A DNA stretch of 62,245 bases, counting the filler, from Nemertoderma westbladi (taxonomy: Eukaryota > Animalia > Xenacoelomorpha): NCBI GenBank assembly GCA_032718475.1. It is 3 parts of 3 records of this genome, joined end to end, with 100 filler letters (N's around TTAATTAATTAA, not from the genome) between each part and the next. Parts side by side here need not be neighbours in the genome. Positions count along the whole stretch, not along the records: positions 18,102 to 38,538 come from JAUCBJ010005150.1; 2 more parts are not named here. One strand, 5' to 3'. Numbering within the stretch: the first letter of the stretch is position 1; each line of letters opens with the position of its first letter. Below the pieces are notes generated by a model that made no database searches, was not told where the DNA came from, and worked only from the letters and a program-made list of their open reading frames with translations. The position numbers and the translations under genes were made by a program. Of the stretch, positions 22,037 to 36,167 are shown piece after piece.

Positions 22037-22851
22037 CTACTACTACTACGAGGTCGAGCGAACTCGGACAGTAGAAATGAGATCCTTCCAGGCTTCCCGA
22101 TTCTCCATAGTTGTCGCAATTTCGTTTCTCCCAAGTTCAGTATCCCTTTCAAGTTGATCTATATATGTTATGGCTGGTCGTCCACGACTACGCTTTCCAT
22201 GAGTTGGTTGCCAGAAAAGTAGATCTGGTATGACCTCGTCTTTACTTCGCCAGCAGTGCCCACTGAATCTTAGTCTGCGTTCACGGAGGGTGGTCGATAC
22301 AGGCGGTATTGTACCATAAAGCTCGGCGTTTGTCGTGTGTTGTCTCCAGCTGATGTTTAGGGCTGCCCTTAGTAGTCTTGTGTAGCAACCATCAATTCGT
22401 TGTTCAAGTGATTTAGTCAGTGTCCAGGTCTCACAACCGTATAAAAATACACTTTCCACTGTGGCTCGAAAGAACTTAGTCTTCAGGTGCCTGGAGAGAT
22501 CTGATTTCCAGATGGTATCCATTTTTGATAGAGCTACCCAAGCCTTTGCTTTCCTAACTTATATTTAATTTTTGCTACTCTCTATCCATGATCCAAGGTA
22601 CTGGAAGTCATCGACTTTCCATAGTTGATTATTATCAATGGTTGTCAAGTTTCCATCAACATTAAAGGTCATGAATTCGGTCTTGGTAGCATTTATATGC
22701 AATACAACCTCCTTAGCAGCCGTCTCCACTTTATTTAGTAGAAGCTGTGCATCTGCTAGCGTATTAGAGAGCAGGGCGATGTCGTCCGCAAAGTCGGTGT
22801 CTGTGACTGTAGTTGCCGGATATCTACTACTGTACTTCTGCGTTCTTGAAG
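22037..22851 (-). mobile_element. 5'-truncated RTE-like LINE with (TAG)n tail and 12-bp TSD
   Basis: DTDFADDIALL...RERRLRFSGHCWRS...RGRP; TSD AAATAGTCCTTA at 22025-22036 and 22852-22863. Confidence 0.92.
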
Positions 22852-22939
22852 AAATAGTCCTTAATAAGTCTTAAATTTGCCTTAAATATGTTGTTAGTGT
22901 CCCATATAGGGTGTTTGTGTCCTTATATGAAATTATTTT

Positions 22940-23350
22940 ATACCGGTAACAAATTAAATAATGTGACCCCAAAAAAATTATTCAACACCAAATAAAATAA
23001 AGTCACCCCAAATAAAATTATTCAAACACCACAATTAATTTTTCAAAACCAAAAAAAATTATTCAACACCAAAACCAATTATTCAATACCAAAATAAATA
23101 AATGCTCCCCAAAACCAATTATTAGCACAAAATAAATGACAAAACCCCCAAAATAATTACAAATTTTCCCAAAACAAATACATTTTCCCCCAAAACAAAT
23201 ACATTTTAGCCCAAAACAAATACATTTTAGCCCAAAATAAATACATTTTCCTCCAAAACAAATACATTTTCGCCCAAAATAAATACATTTTCCCCCAAAA
23301 CAAATACATTTTTGCCCACAATAATTACATAATACCCCAAAATAAATACT
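22940..23350 (+). repeat. ~21-bp minisatellite arm (CCCAAAACAAATACATTTT..), left arm of a foldback-like element
   Basis: Tandem degenerate 21-mers; a related array occurs in inverted orientation at 36820-37155. Confidence 0.75.
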
Positions 23351-23428
23351 ATACTATTGCAGCAATAGGCCTTGCACTTCCTGGAAGTTAGACAAAACCT
23401 TCAGTACTGCCGTAATACTGAAACCTAA

Positions 23429-26400
23429 TCCACGAAGCTAAGGAAAATCAACTACTTTCGCTAAGAAAGATTTTCCTTAGCTGAGATGGTCTATTCATAG
23501 TGGGCTATTTTACTTGTATGAGGCAGATTTGGTTTTTTTTGGTCGGGGAAAAAACTAGCCTTTAAAAGTACCCTGAAATTTTGCATGTATATACAACTCA
23601 TCAAGGCGCGTCGTGTGGGATGGGTCTCATCTCCAGGAAAAATCTGGTTTCCATGGCAACGGACTTAGAAAAAAGTCTATGTATTTCAAGTCAATATTTG
23701 TAACTCTATTTGTAGGAAAACTATAATACATATAAACTTGGGGTTTCTCAACACAACTATAAGGTCCATAGCAGAGCCGATTGAGGTTAAATAGAAAATC
23801 CAGTTACCTTGGCAACCGGGCTAAACAGATGTTAAAATTTTTAAAATGTTAATTTGAAGCCTAAGGTTAAGGTGTGATGACTTGGGACCAATCCCTACCC
23901 CCACTATATAACTTATTCTGCGTCCGAATTTGATTGTTCTATTTTGCAGTTACCTTGACAACCGCTGAAAACAGATGTTTTTATACGAAAATTATTCATT
24001 TGTACATAGACTTCACGATAAAATTTTACGAAACTAGGTATGTGTTATCTGGACCACTAGTTGGAACTTTTAGTGAAACTCAAAACATTCCAGAAATATC
24101 TAGTTACCATGGTAACTGTAGTTTTTTTAAAGTTATATATCATTCAAGTCTATAATCATAACTCTATTTGGAGAAAAACTGTAATATATATAAACTTGGG
24201 GTTTTGCAACTCATCTATAAGGTCCATATACAAGCCGTTCGAAGTTAATTAGAAAATCCATTTACCATAGCAACAAGAGTAAACAGATGTTAAAATTAAT
24301 AAAATGATAATTTGAAGCACAATTTAATAGTATTATGACTTGGGACCAACACCTACCCCCACTATATGACTTATTCTGCATCCGAATTACATTGTTCTAT
24401 TTTTCAGTTTCCATGACAACCACTGCAAACAGATGCATTTTGATAGAAAATCTGTAATTTGGACATAAACTACAATATTTTCTGAAACTCGATGTGTTAT
24501 CTGAAAAACAATCTGGACTGAATCTTTTTTCAAAGGTAAAACCAACAGTTCCAGAGAACTCTAGTTTCCATGGGAATAGAAGTTATTTATTGGCAAATGC
24601 TACTAAACTAGGCTAAGCAACGAACCAAATTGTGGCCGTTTGTTTAATTTTCCTTAGCTTCGTGGTTGCATTTCCTTTAGGAAATGCCTTTCTAGTAACA
24701 GAATACCCTGCAAACCAGAAGTATCCGAGGATTAATTTTGTCCACGAAGCTAAGGAAAATCAACTACTTTCGCTAAGAAAGATTTTCCTTAGCTGAGATG
24801 GTCTATTCATAGTGGGCTATTTTACTTGTGTGGGACAGATTTGGTTTTTTTTGATTCCGGAAAAAACTAGCCTTTAAAAGTACCCTGAAATTTTGCATGT
24901 ATATACTACTCGGCGAGGCGCATCTTTTGGGCCGGGTCTCATATCCAGGAAAAATCTGGTTTCCATGGCAACGGACTTCAAAAAAAGTCTATGTATTTCA
25001 AGTCAATATTTATAACTCTATTTGTAGGAAAACTATAATAGATATAAACTTGGGGTTTTGCAACACAACTATAAGGTCCATAGCAGATCCGATTGAGGCT
25101 AAATAGAAAATCCAGTTACCTTGGCAACCGGGATAAACAGATGTTAAAATTTATAAAATGTTAATTTGAGGCCTAAGGGCAAGGTGTTATGACTTGGGAC
25201 CAACCCCTACCCCCACTATATAACTTATTCTGCATCCGAATTACATTGTTCTATTTTTCAGTTACCATGACAACCGCTGAAAACAGATGTTTTTATACAA
25301 AAATTATTCATTTGGACATAGATTTCATGATAAAATTTTATGAAACTGGGTATGTGTTACTGGACCACTAGTTGGAACTTTTAATGAAACTCAAAACATT
25401 CCAGAAATATCTAGTTACCATGGTAACTGGAGTTTATTAAAGTATATATCATTCAAGTCTAAATTCAATACACTATTTGTAGCAAAATGATGTAATATAT
25501 ATAAATTTGGGGTTTTGCAACTCATCTATAAGGTCCATATACAAGCCCTTCGAGGTTAATTACACAATCCAGTTACCATAGCAACAAGACTAAACAGATG
25601 TTAAATTTTATAAAATGATAATTTGAAGCACAATTTAATAGTATAATGACTTGGGACCAAGACCTACTCCCACTATATGACTTATTCTGCATCCGAATTA
25701 CATTTATCTATTTTTCAGTTTCCATGACAACCACTGCAAACAGATGCATTTTGATAGAAAATCGGTAATTTGGACATAAACTACAATATTTTCTGAGACT
25801 TGGTATGTGTTATCTGAACCACAATCTGGACTGAATCTTTTTTCAAAGGAAAAACCAACAGTTCCAGAGAACTTTAGTTTCCATAGGAATATAAGTTATT
25901 TATTGGCAAATGCTACTAAACTAGGCTAAGCAACAAACCAAATTGTGGCCCTTTGTTTAATTTTCCTTAGCTTCGTGTTTGCATTTCCTTTAGGAAATGC
26001 CTTTCTAGTAATAGTATTATGACTTGGGACCAAGACCTACCCCCATTATATGACTTATTCTGCATCCGAATTACATTGTTCTATTTTTCAATTTCCATGA
26101 CAACCACTGCAAACAGATGCATTTTGATATAAAATCGGTAATTTGGACATAAACTACAATATTTTCTGAAACTTGGTATGTGTTATCTGAACCACAATCT
26201 GGACTGAATCTTTCTTCAAAGGTAAAACCAACAGTTCCAGAGAACTCTAGTTTCCATGGGAATATAAGTTATTTATTGGCAAATGAACTAGGTTAAGCAA
26301 ACAAACCAAATTGTGGCCCTTTGTTTAATTTTCCTTAGCTTCGTGGTTGCATTTCCTTTAGGAAATGCCTTTCTAGTATTTGAAATTTAATGCTGCTAAA

Positions 26401-29400
26401 AAGTTGTGCAATAGTGCAATGAGACAAATTATTTGAGAAAAACCCAAAATTTTACATTTTAATATTGAAATAATCTAAAATCCACGAAGCTAAGGAAAAT
26501 CAACTACTTTCGCTAAGAAAGATTTTCCTTAGCTGAGATGGTGTATTCATAGTGGGCTATTTTACTTGTATGAGGCAGATTTAGTGTTTTTTAAGTCCAG
26601 CAAAAACTAGCCTTTAAAAGTACCCTGAAATTTTGCATGTATATACTACTCATCAAGGCGCGTCGTGTGGGATGGGTCTCATATCCAGGAAAAATCTGGT
26701 TTCCATGGCAACGGACTTTAAAAAAAGTCGATGTATTTCAAGTCAATATTTATAACTCTATTTGTAGGAAAACTATAATAGATATAAACTTGGGGTTTCT
26801 CAATTCAACTATAAGGTCCATAGCAGAGCCGATTGAGGTTAAATAGAAAATCCAGTTACCTTGGCAACCGGGCTAAACAGATGTTAAAATTTATAAAATG
26901 TTAATTTGAAGCCTAAGGTTAAGGTGTTATGACTTGGGACCAACCCCTACCCCCACTATATAACCTATTCTGCATCCGAATTTGATTGTTCTATTTTGCA
27001 GTTACCATGACAACCGATGAAAACAGATGTTTTTATACAAAAATTACTCATTTGGATATAGACTTCGCGATAAAATTTTACGAAACTGGGAATGTGTTAT
27101 CTGAACCACTAGTTGGAACTTTTAGTGAAACTCAAATCATTCCAGAAATATATACAGTAGTTACCCTGGTAACGGTATGTTGATAAAGACTATATCATTC
27201 CAGTCTATATTCATAAGACTATTTGTAGCAAAACTGTAATATATATATAAACTTGGGGTTTTGCAACTCATCTATAAGGTCCATATACATACAAGCCGTT
27301 CGAGGTTAATTTGAAAATCCAGCTACCATAGCAACAAGACTAAACAGATGTTAAAATTTATAAAATTTTAATTTGAAGCACTAGTTAATATTATTATGAC
27401 TTGGGACCAACACCTACCCCTACTATATCACTTATTCTGCATCCGAATTACATTGTTCTATTTTTCTGTTTCCATGACAACCACTGCAAACAGATGTTTT
27501 TATAGAAAATTAGCTCATTTGGACATAGACTTCGCAATAAAATTTTACGAAACTGGGTATGTGTTATCAGGACTGGAGCACTAGTTGGAACTTTTAGTGA
27601 AACTCAAAACATTCCAGAAATATCTAGGTACCATGGTAACTGGAGTTTATTGAAGTCTATATCATTCAAGTCTAAATTCAATACTCTATTTGTTACAAAA
27701 TAATGTAATATATATAAATTTGGGGTATTGCAACTCATCTATAAGGTCCATATACAAGCCGTTCAAGGTTAATTACACAATCTAGTTACCATAGCAACAA
27801 GACTAAACAGATGTCAAAATTTATAAAATGATAATTTGAAGCACAAGTTCCACGAAGCTAAGGAAAATCAACTACTTTCGCTAAGAAAGATTTTCCTTAG
27901 CTGAGATGGTCTATTCATAGTGGGCTATTTTACTTGTGTGAGGCAGATTTGGGGTTTTTTGATAGGCGAAAAAACTAGCCTTTAAAAGTACCCTGAAATT
28001 TTGCATGTATATACTACTCGGCGAGGCGCATCTTTTGGGCCGGGTCTCATATCCAGGAAAAATCTGGTTTCCATGGCAACGGACTTCAAAAAAAGTCTAT
28101 GTATTTCAAGTCAATATTTATAACTCTATTTGTAGGAAAACTATAATAGATTTAAACTTTTTGGTTTCGCAACACAACTATAAGGTCCATAGCAGATCCG
28201 ATTGAGGCTAAATAGAAAATCCAGTTACGTTGGCAACCGGGATAAACAGATGTTAAAATTTATAAAATGATAATTTGAGGCCTAAGGGCAAGGTGTTATG
28301 ACTTGAGACCAACCCCTACCCCCACTATATAACTTATTCTGCATCCGAATTACATTGTTCTATTTTTCAGTTACCATGACAACAGCCGAAAACAGATGTT
28401 TTTATACAAAAATTATTCATTTGGACATAGACTTCGCGATAAAATTTTACAAAACTGGGTATGTGTTATCTGCACCACTAGTTGGAACTTTTAGTGAAAC
28501 TTAAATCATTCCAGAAATTTAGTTACCATGGTAACTGTAGTTTATTAAACTCTATATCATTCAAGTCTATATTGATAACTCTATTTCTAGCAAAACTGTA
28601 ATATATATAAACTTGGGGTTTTGTAACTCATCTATAATTTCCATATCCATCCAAGCCGTTTGAGGTTAATTAGAAAGTACAGTTACCATAGCAACAAGAC
28701 TAAACAGATGTTACTATTTATAAAATGATAATTTGAAGCACAAGTTAATAGTATTATGACTTGGGACCAAGACCTACCCCCACTATATGACTTATTCTGC
28801 ATCCGAATTACATTATTATATTTTTCAGTTTCCATGACAACCACTGCAAACAGATGCATTTTGATAGAAAATCGGTAATTTGGACATAAACTACAATATT
28901 TTCTGAAACTCGGTATATGTGTTATAATCTGAACCACAATCTGGACTGAATCTTTTTTCAAAGGTAAAACCCACAGTTCCAGAGAACTCTAGTTTCCATG
29001 GGAATAGACGTAAATTATTGGCAATTGCTACTAAACTAGGCTATAAGCAACGAACCAAAGTGTGGCCGTTTGTTTAATTTTCCTTAGCTTCGTGGTTGCA
29101 TTTCCTTTAGGAAATGCCTTTCTCGTAATAGTATTATGACTTGGGACTAACACCTACCCCCACTATATGACTTATTCTGCACCCGAATTACATTGTTCTA
29201 TTTTTCAGTTTCCATGACAACCACTGCAAACAGATGCATTTTGATAGAAAATCGGTAATTTGGACATAAACTACAATATTTTCTGAAACTCGGAAAGTGT
29301 TATCTGAACCACAATCTGGACTAAATCTTTTATCAAAGGTTAAAAACAAACATTTCCTGAGAACTCTAGTTTCCATGGGAATAGAAGTTAATTATTGGCA

Positions 29401-32189
29401 AATGCTAATCCACGAAGCTAACGAAAATCAACTACTTTCGCTAAGAAAGATTTTCCTTAGCTGAGATGGTCTATTCATAGTGGGCTGTTTTACTTGTATG
29501 GAGCAGATTTAGTGTTTTTTGATAGGTGAAAAAACTAGCCTTTAAAAGTACCCTGAAATTTTGCATGTATATACAACTCATCAAGGCGCGTCGTGTGGGA
29601 TGGGTCTCATATCCAGGAAAAATCTGGTTTCCATGGCAACGGACTTAGAAAAAAGTCTATGTATTTCAAGTCAATATTTGTAACTCTATTTGTAGGAAAA
29701 CTATAATACATATAAACTTGGGGTTTCTCAACACAACTATAAGGTCCATAGCAGAGCCGATTGAGGTTAAATAGAAAATCCAGTTACCTTGGCAACCGGG
29801 CTAAACAGATGTTAAAATTTTTAAAATGTTAATTTGAAGCCTAAGGTTAAGGTGTGATGACTTGGGACCAATCCCTACCCCCACTATATAACTTATTCTG
29901 CGTCCGAATTTGATTGTTCTATTTTGCAGTTACCATGACAACCGCTGAAAACAGATGTTTTTATACAACAATTATTCATTTGGACATAGACTTCACGATA
30001 AAATTTTACAAAACTGGGTATGTGTTATCTGGACCACTAGTTGGAACTTTTAGTGAAACTCAAAACATTCCAGAAATATCTAGTTACCATGGTAACTGGA
30101 GCTTATTAAAGTCAATATCATTCAAGTCTATATTTTTAACTCTTGTTTGTAGGAAAACTGTATTAGATATAAATATTGGGTTTCCCAACTCAACTATAAG
30201 GAAGGTCCTTAGAGGAGCCAATTGTGGTTAATTAGAAAATCCAGTTACCTTGGTAACCAGGCTAAACAGATGATATAATTTAAAAAATTATAATTAGAAA
30301 CACAAGTTAAAGGCATTATGACTTGGGACCAACCCCTACCACCATAATATCACTTATTCTGCATCCAATCTACGTTGTTCTATTTGCCAGTTACCTTGAC
30401 AACCACTGCAAACAGACTTTTTAACAAATTAATAATTAATTTTGCACATAAACTACTCAATGAAGCTTCCTTGAAGTCGATGTGTCACCTGGAACCACAA
30501 ACTAGATCTTAATGTAAAACTCAGCATTTCTAGAAAAGTCCAGTTACCTTGGCAATACCGGGAGTTCTTTTAACTCGGTAAATCAATGAACTGATGAGTC
30601 AAAGAGTGTCTAATTTTCCTTAGCTTCGTGGTTGCATTTCCTTTAGGAAATGCCTTTCTAGTTAAAGCAACAGTTCCAGAGAACTCTAGTTTCCATGGGA
30701 ATAGAAGTTAATTATTGACAATTGCTACTAAACGAGGCTAAGCAACGAACCAAAGTGTGGCCGTTTGTTTAATTTTCCTTAGCTTCGTGGTTGCATTTCC
30801 TTTAGGAAATGCCTTTCTCGTAAACTAGGCTAAGCAACAAACCAAAGTGTGGCCGGTTGTTTAATTTTCCTTAGCTTCGTGGTTGCATTTCCTTTAGGAA
30901 ATGCCTTTCTAGTAATATTTAAATCCACGAAGCTAAGAAAAATCAACTACTTTCGCTAAGAAAGATTTTCCTTAGCTGAGATGGTCTATTCATAGTGGGC
31001 TATTTTACTTGTGTGAGGCAGATTAGTTTTTTTTTAAGTCCAGCAAAAACTAGCCTTTAAAAGTACCCTGAAATTTTGCATGTATATACTACTCGACGAG
31101 GCGCATCTTTTGGGCCGGGTCTCATATCCAGGAAAAATCTGGTTTCCATGGCAACGGACTTCAAAAAAAGTCTATGTATTTCAAGTCAATATTTATAACT
31201 CTATTTGTAGGAAAACTATAATAGATATAAACTTGGGGTTTCGCAACACAACTATAAGGTCCATAGCAGATCCGATTGAGGCTAAATAGAAAATCCAGTT
31301 ACCTTGGCAACCGGGATAAACAGATGTTAAAATATATAAAATGTTAATTTGAGGCCTAAGGGCAAGGTGTTATGACTTGGGACCAACCCCTACCCTCACT
31401 ATATAACTTATTCTGCATACGAATTACATTGTTCTATTTTTCAGTTACCATGACAACCGCTTAAAACAGATGTTTTTATTCAAAACTTATTCATTTGGAC
31501 ATAGACTTCACCATAAAATTTTACAAAACTGGGTATGTGTTATCTGGACCACGAGTTGGAACTTTTAGTGAAACTTAAATTATTCCAGAAATTTAGTTAC
31601 CATGGTAACTGTAGTTTATTAAACTCTATATCATTCAAATCTATATTGATAACTCTATTTGTAGCAAAACTGTAATATATATAAACTTGGGGTTTTGCAA
31701 CTCATCTATAAGATCCATATCCAAGCCGTTTGAGGTTAATTAGAAAATACAGTTACCATAGCAACAAGTCTAAACAGATGTTAAAATTTATAAAATGATA
31801 ATTTGAAGCACAAGTTAATAGTATTATGACTTGGGACTAACCCCTACCCCCACAATATGACTTATTCTGCATCCGAATTACATTGTTCTATTTTTCAGTT
31901 TCCATGACAACCACTGCAAACAGATGCAATTTGATAGAAAATCGGTAATTTGGACATAAACTACAATATTTTCTGAAACTCAGTATATGTGTTATCTGAA
32001 CCACAATCTGTACTGAATTTTTTTCAAAGGTTAACGCAACAGTTCCAGAGAACTCTAGTTTCCATGGGAATAGAAGTTAATTATTGACAATTGCTACTAA
32101 ACGAGGCTAAGCAACGAACCAAAGTGTGGCCGTTTGTTTAATTTTCCTTAGCTTCGTGGTTGCATTTCCTTTAGGAAATGCCTTTCTAG
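23429..32189 (+). mobile_element. Clustered, self-nested array of a ~1.27-kb non-autonomous Helitron-type element (family 1)
   Basis: 5' ends TCCACGAAGCTAAGGAAAA at 23429, 24741, 26481, 27849, 29409, 30924. 3' ends TTTTCCTTAGCTTCGTGG-TT-GCATTTCC-TTTA-GGAAATGC-CTTTCT(A/C)G|T at 24695, 26008, 26376, 29125, 30661, 30820, 30912, 32189. No TSD. Internal ~150-bp monomers form a ~458-bp higher-order repeat. Confidence 0.88.
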
Positions 32190-33810
32190 TACTAATATTA
32201 AAATTCAGATAGTGAAATGACATTCAGAATACATTCGAACAGCAATGTTTATTATTTAACACATATAATCGCAACATATTTTGAATGATATTCTAATACT
32301 ATATTCCATACTATTGATATTATAATGTATTTCCAATGTTATCGAAATGTTCAAATCAGAATATTTTCATTGGAAATGAATTTACATTGGGGATGAATCA
32401 TAGCATTGTTATAACAATGATGCGAAAAGGTTATTCTAACGTTGTTTTTCGAATGTTGGCGGGTCATACTTCAACTGCTTTGAATGACAATATTATTCTA
32501 ATGTTATCCTAATGTTATCTTTATTAGGCCCTGCTCTGGTACAGAACTTTGCACGTGAATCCCCATCGTTTTCATTATCGCATCGTTATTGTCCAGTCCT
32601 TGCCAGTGCAGATTGTTTAACTTACCTACTCAGTGCATCCACATGAACCAAATGTGTTCATGTTTTGGTTTTCCTGGACCGTAACTTACAGTACATGGAT
32701 GTTTTTCAGTACGGTTCCATACAGCCATACCTACAGTAGGCCTACACCCCTACAGATATATCAGTCCTAATGTGCGGTTGTCAATGAGACCAATAAGGCA
32801 TGTGCCACAGAGACCACGCACGAGATCCGAAAGGCCGCTTGCGTTTTAGTTACAGTAAATAACTAAATATTGTCAAAAAAAATTTTTGCACAATAAACAA
32901 ACTTCGAGAGGGGGGCGGGGTGGGTGTTTTGCCTGTCATGCCCCTCTACATAACATTGTTCACTCCTTGGTGGAAATAAAGGAGGAAGGAGGAGTTGAAG
33001 AGTGTCCAAGGAACTTTAAAAATAATGGAATGGATTCAAGGAGAGACTCTTCATTCAGAGGTCCTGTTCCCCGACCAGCCGGTAGGATACTCCTGAGGAT
33101 ATAGCCAAATGGGAAAAGGCCCTAAAGGAGAATAATGCACTTGCAAAGTATAAGGTGAGAATGATAATGGCATCTTTATCCTTTTATCCTATATGGGAAG
33201 TCGAATTTGACATTAAATTATTTAACAAATTGTGTAAAACAGAATCAGGAATTGTTGAAGATTACTACCTTCGGGTAGTAGCTATCGAAAGAAGAGCCTT
33301 CGGATCGCTTCCGGCTTCAGACGACTGTTTGCTTTGCTCGATACGTTCTCGAAACGTATTCTTTTGATTTCTTATTATTTGTTCTAGATTAGTAATTAAT
33401 AATTTTTATTAATGTAATAATTGTTTATATATTTTAGCATTAAAATGTTAGTAAGCGAGGAGTTTTTTCTAATCTTGTAGATTGACGAATTCTCCAACTT
33501 CTCACAATCACTATCGGCTGCGAGTTTTGCCATCTGTGCACGATGGATGGAAACACATTCGCCGAGAAATATGCAAAAACCGCTAAGACATGCCATCGGG
33601 AAAATTAATCGTTCTAAGATGTATTAAAGGTTAGACAATTTTTCATATTATTTGTTACATTCTGATATGGAATTGTTACAGTATAATACGCCAGTACACA
33701 TATTGTTACAGTACATATAGGCTACGCCGGTACACATACAGTACATTGACGCTAATGCAAGTTGGCATATGACATTTATTTATTTATTTCTAACATTTAT
33801 TGACACATTG

Positions 33811-34496
33811 TGGGGCCTTCGCGCAGCACGAAAGTCTATAAGAAAGTGTACTAATCTCTATTAGATAAACGGAAACCGTCATTCCCAAGATATCAATCAG
33901 TGATGCATTAACTGGTTGTAAAAAACAGAGGTCCATTTCAGTTTAGCCTTACACGCTTTTTAACTATTTAACTTGACTTGAGTATTTAACCTGCCTTAAC
34001 ACGATTTATAGCAGATGGATACTTGTATCCACTACAAAACGTGTTGCGTTCGTCCTATACAACCTGGTCACCAAATATATGCCTTAAAACATTCCTTTGG
34101 CAATATTGGATAAAGTGTCAACCGTCTAATATGCTAAACCAGGTTGTTTACGAGTTATTTTTAAAACTCTCGTCTTCATTACAACCGTTGCACTCGTCCT
34201 GTACATCTGCTCACCAAATAACTAGCATAAGACATTCCACCACCGGTGCTATCAAATTGACATATCGTCCAATATTCTGTACTAAAGCTTGCAAGTATAG
34301 TCAACATAATACTAGTCTCTTCATTAGCTCATCCTGAAGGCCCCACGCAAATTCTAATTGGAAAATTTATAAACTTTTACCAAACAACATGTGTACTAAG
34401 TTTGATTAGATTTCATCGAGAATTATCCGAGTTATTAACATTTCAAAACACGGACCTACAGATCTAGAGAACACTTACTTTCATGGCTCGCCCCGC
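33811..34496. mobile_element. Member of a non-autonomous family with GTGGGG...CCCCAC ends
   Basis: Left end GTGGGGCCTTCGCGCAGCACGA (also 34638, 35672); right end TGGCTCGCCCC(A/G)CA (also 12850-12861, 18135-18148, 36155-36168). Confidence 0.55.
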
Positions 34497-35671
34497 ATTC
34501 ACGCAGTAGGATAATTTGAACATAATATTATTGTGTTTCATTTTATGTAAAGAAAGTAAAGTAAATAACTTTAGTCTGTACCCTAGGAAGAACTGCTATA
34601 GTTTGAAGCTCGTAACATAACCTAACAAAACACGTCCGTGGGGCCTTCGCGCAGCACGAGGCTCAGTTAGAGATACAAATTTAAATTAATTTTCAATTAA
34701 ATTTCTTCTTAATTTCTTCAATTAAATAACACTAGGCCTATGGTGTTGACGCGAAGATAGAGAAAGTGATTACAAACTATTTTGTACAAGTTGCGTGGCG
34801 CGCTGGTGGATCTAAGCACATGTAAGTATAATTATATTATAATGCATAGACCTCAAAATTTAATTAAATATTATAATTTAATGCAATGGTGCGATTATGG
34901 GTATATAAAGAAAGATTAGTTTTGTATTAGATAAATAATAGTGGTGAGGATTTGTGTGTTAAATATTATGTATGTGGGTGGGTTAGTTTAGGTTTGAGGA
35001 TTTATAACATAATTTTCTTAACTTATATATGGAATACCGTTTCGCTGTCAACTTAATATTATGGTAATCTTAATAATGTAATCAATGAAATCTTAATTAA
35101 TGTAATCTTAATTACTTTACAGTGCTAGAAAAGTTGGAGGAGCCGAGGAGTGTATCGCAATCGAAAAGATAGAAAACGAAATAGAGACTGGAATTGAGAC
35201 TTTTGATTGGACTTATAAGAACTTTATACCGTAGGGCCAATACATGTGCATAAAATAGGCCAACCTTTATTTATATTTATATCAAATTTTAAATTGTTTG
35301 TTTCTTGCAATATCTTTTCAATTAATAATAAAATTGTAATAGATTGTCCTATTATGTATCGGAAACGTTCTGTGTTTTTATACCTACGAGATTAGCACTA
35401 CATATTGGGGATTAACCAGACATTATTGTAAATTACTGTTGTTAGTTATATTTGCTATAAGATAATAAGATAAAAGCATTGCGTCTTGGGTTGGTGGGTT
35501 TCATTTCCATATTTTCAACGGGTGTACACATACTAACATTATTATTCACATTATGATTATAATATTAATAAATAGCGTTTTTACCCATTGTTATTCTGTA
35601 ATATTATAAAACAAACCGCACCAATTTTGTTCAGGTGTAATAAGTTTTTGCATTTATAGAAATAACACGAA

Positions 35672-36167
35672 GTGGGGACTTCGCGCAGCACGAAGTTGGC
35701 AGAGCCTTAGCGAATTGACACTGTTAGGGGGTAGGTCAATTTATGCAAATAGTCACGTTGGCCCTCTAGCGGCAGACTGGAGAACTGTAGATGGATTCGC
35801 CTCCTTTGAAAGTCACAGCTAATGGTCTAATACATATCTGCCAAGTTTCAGCTTAAACGGATTAAAAGCAAAGAAATGGGAGGGCATTTAATGTTTAGAC
35901 ATGTGGCCCTCTAGCGGGAGACCATTGCACTGATGGTGTCTGAAAGTCTCTCAAAAATCTCAACTTTTGCTCATATTGATACCTACAAATTTTCAACTTG
36001 ACAGCTTTAAATCCGACAAAGTTATTAGCATGTCAAAATCGTAACGACGACGACGACGACAACGACGACGACGACGACAACGACGACGACAACTATTTGC
36101 ATAAATTGACCCACCCCCTAACAGTGTCAATTCGCTAAGGCTCCGCCAACTTCGTGGCTCGCCCCAC
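35672..36167. mobile_element. ~500-bp element with a 65-bp subterminal inverted repeat and (GAC)n microsatellite
   Basis: 35689-35753 is inverted at 36092-36156 (2 mismatches); ends GTGGGG...CCCCAC; no obvious TSD. Confidence 0.8.

Noticed and set aside
23934-31289. Recurrent 60-105 aa ORFs (MYILL..., MFYFAV..., MTWDQ...)
   Set aside because: Chance frames in the repeated non-coding Helitron body; stops and frameshifts differ between copies.
32960-33367. Gag-like remnant (…GIVEDYYLRVVAIERRAFG…)
   Set aside because: Only a faint resemblance, broken frame and no supporting LTR or pol.
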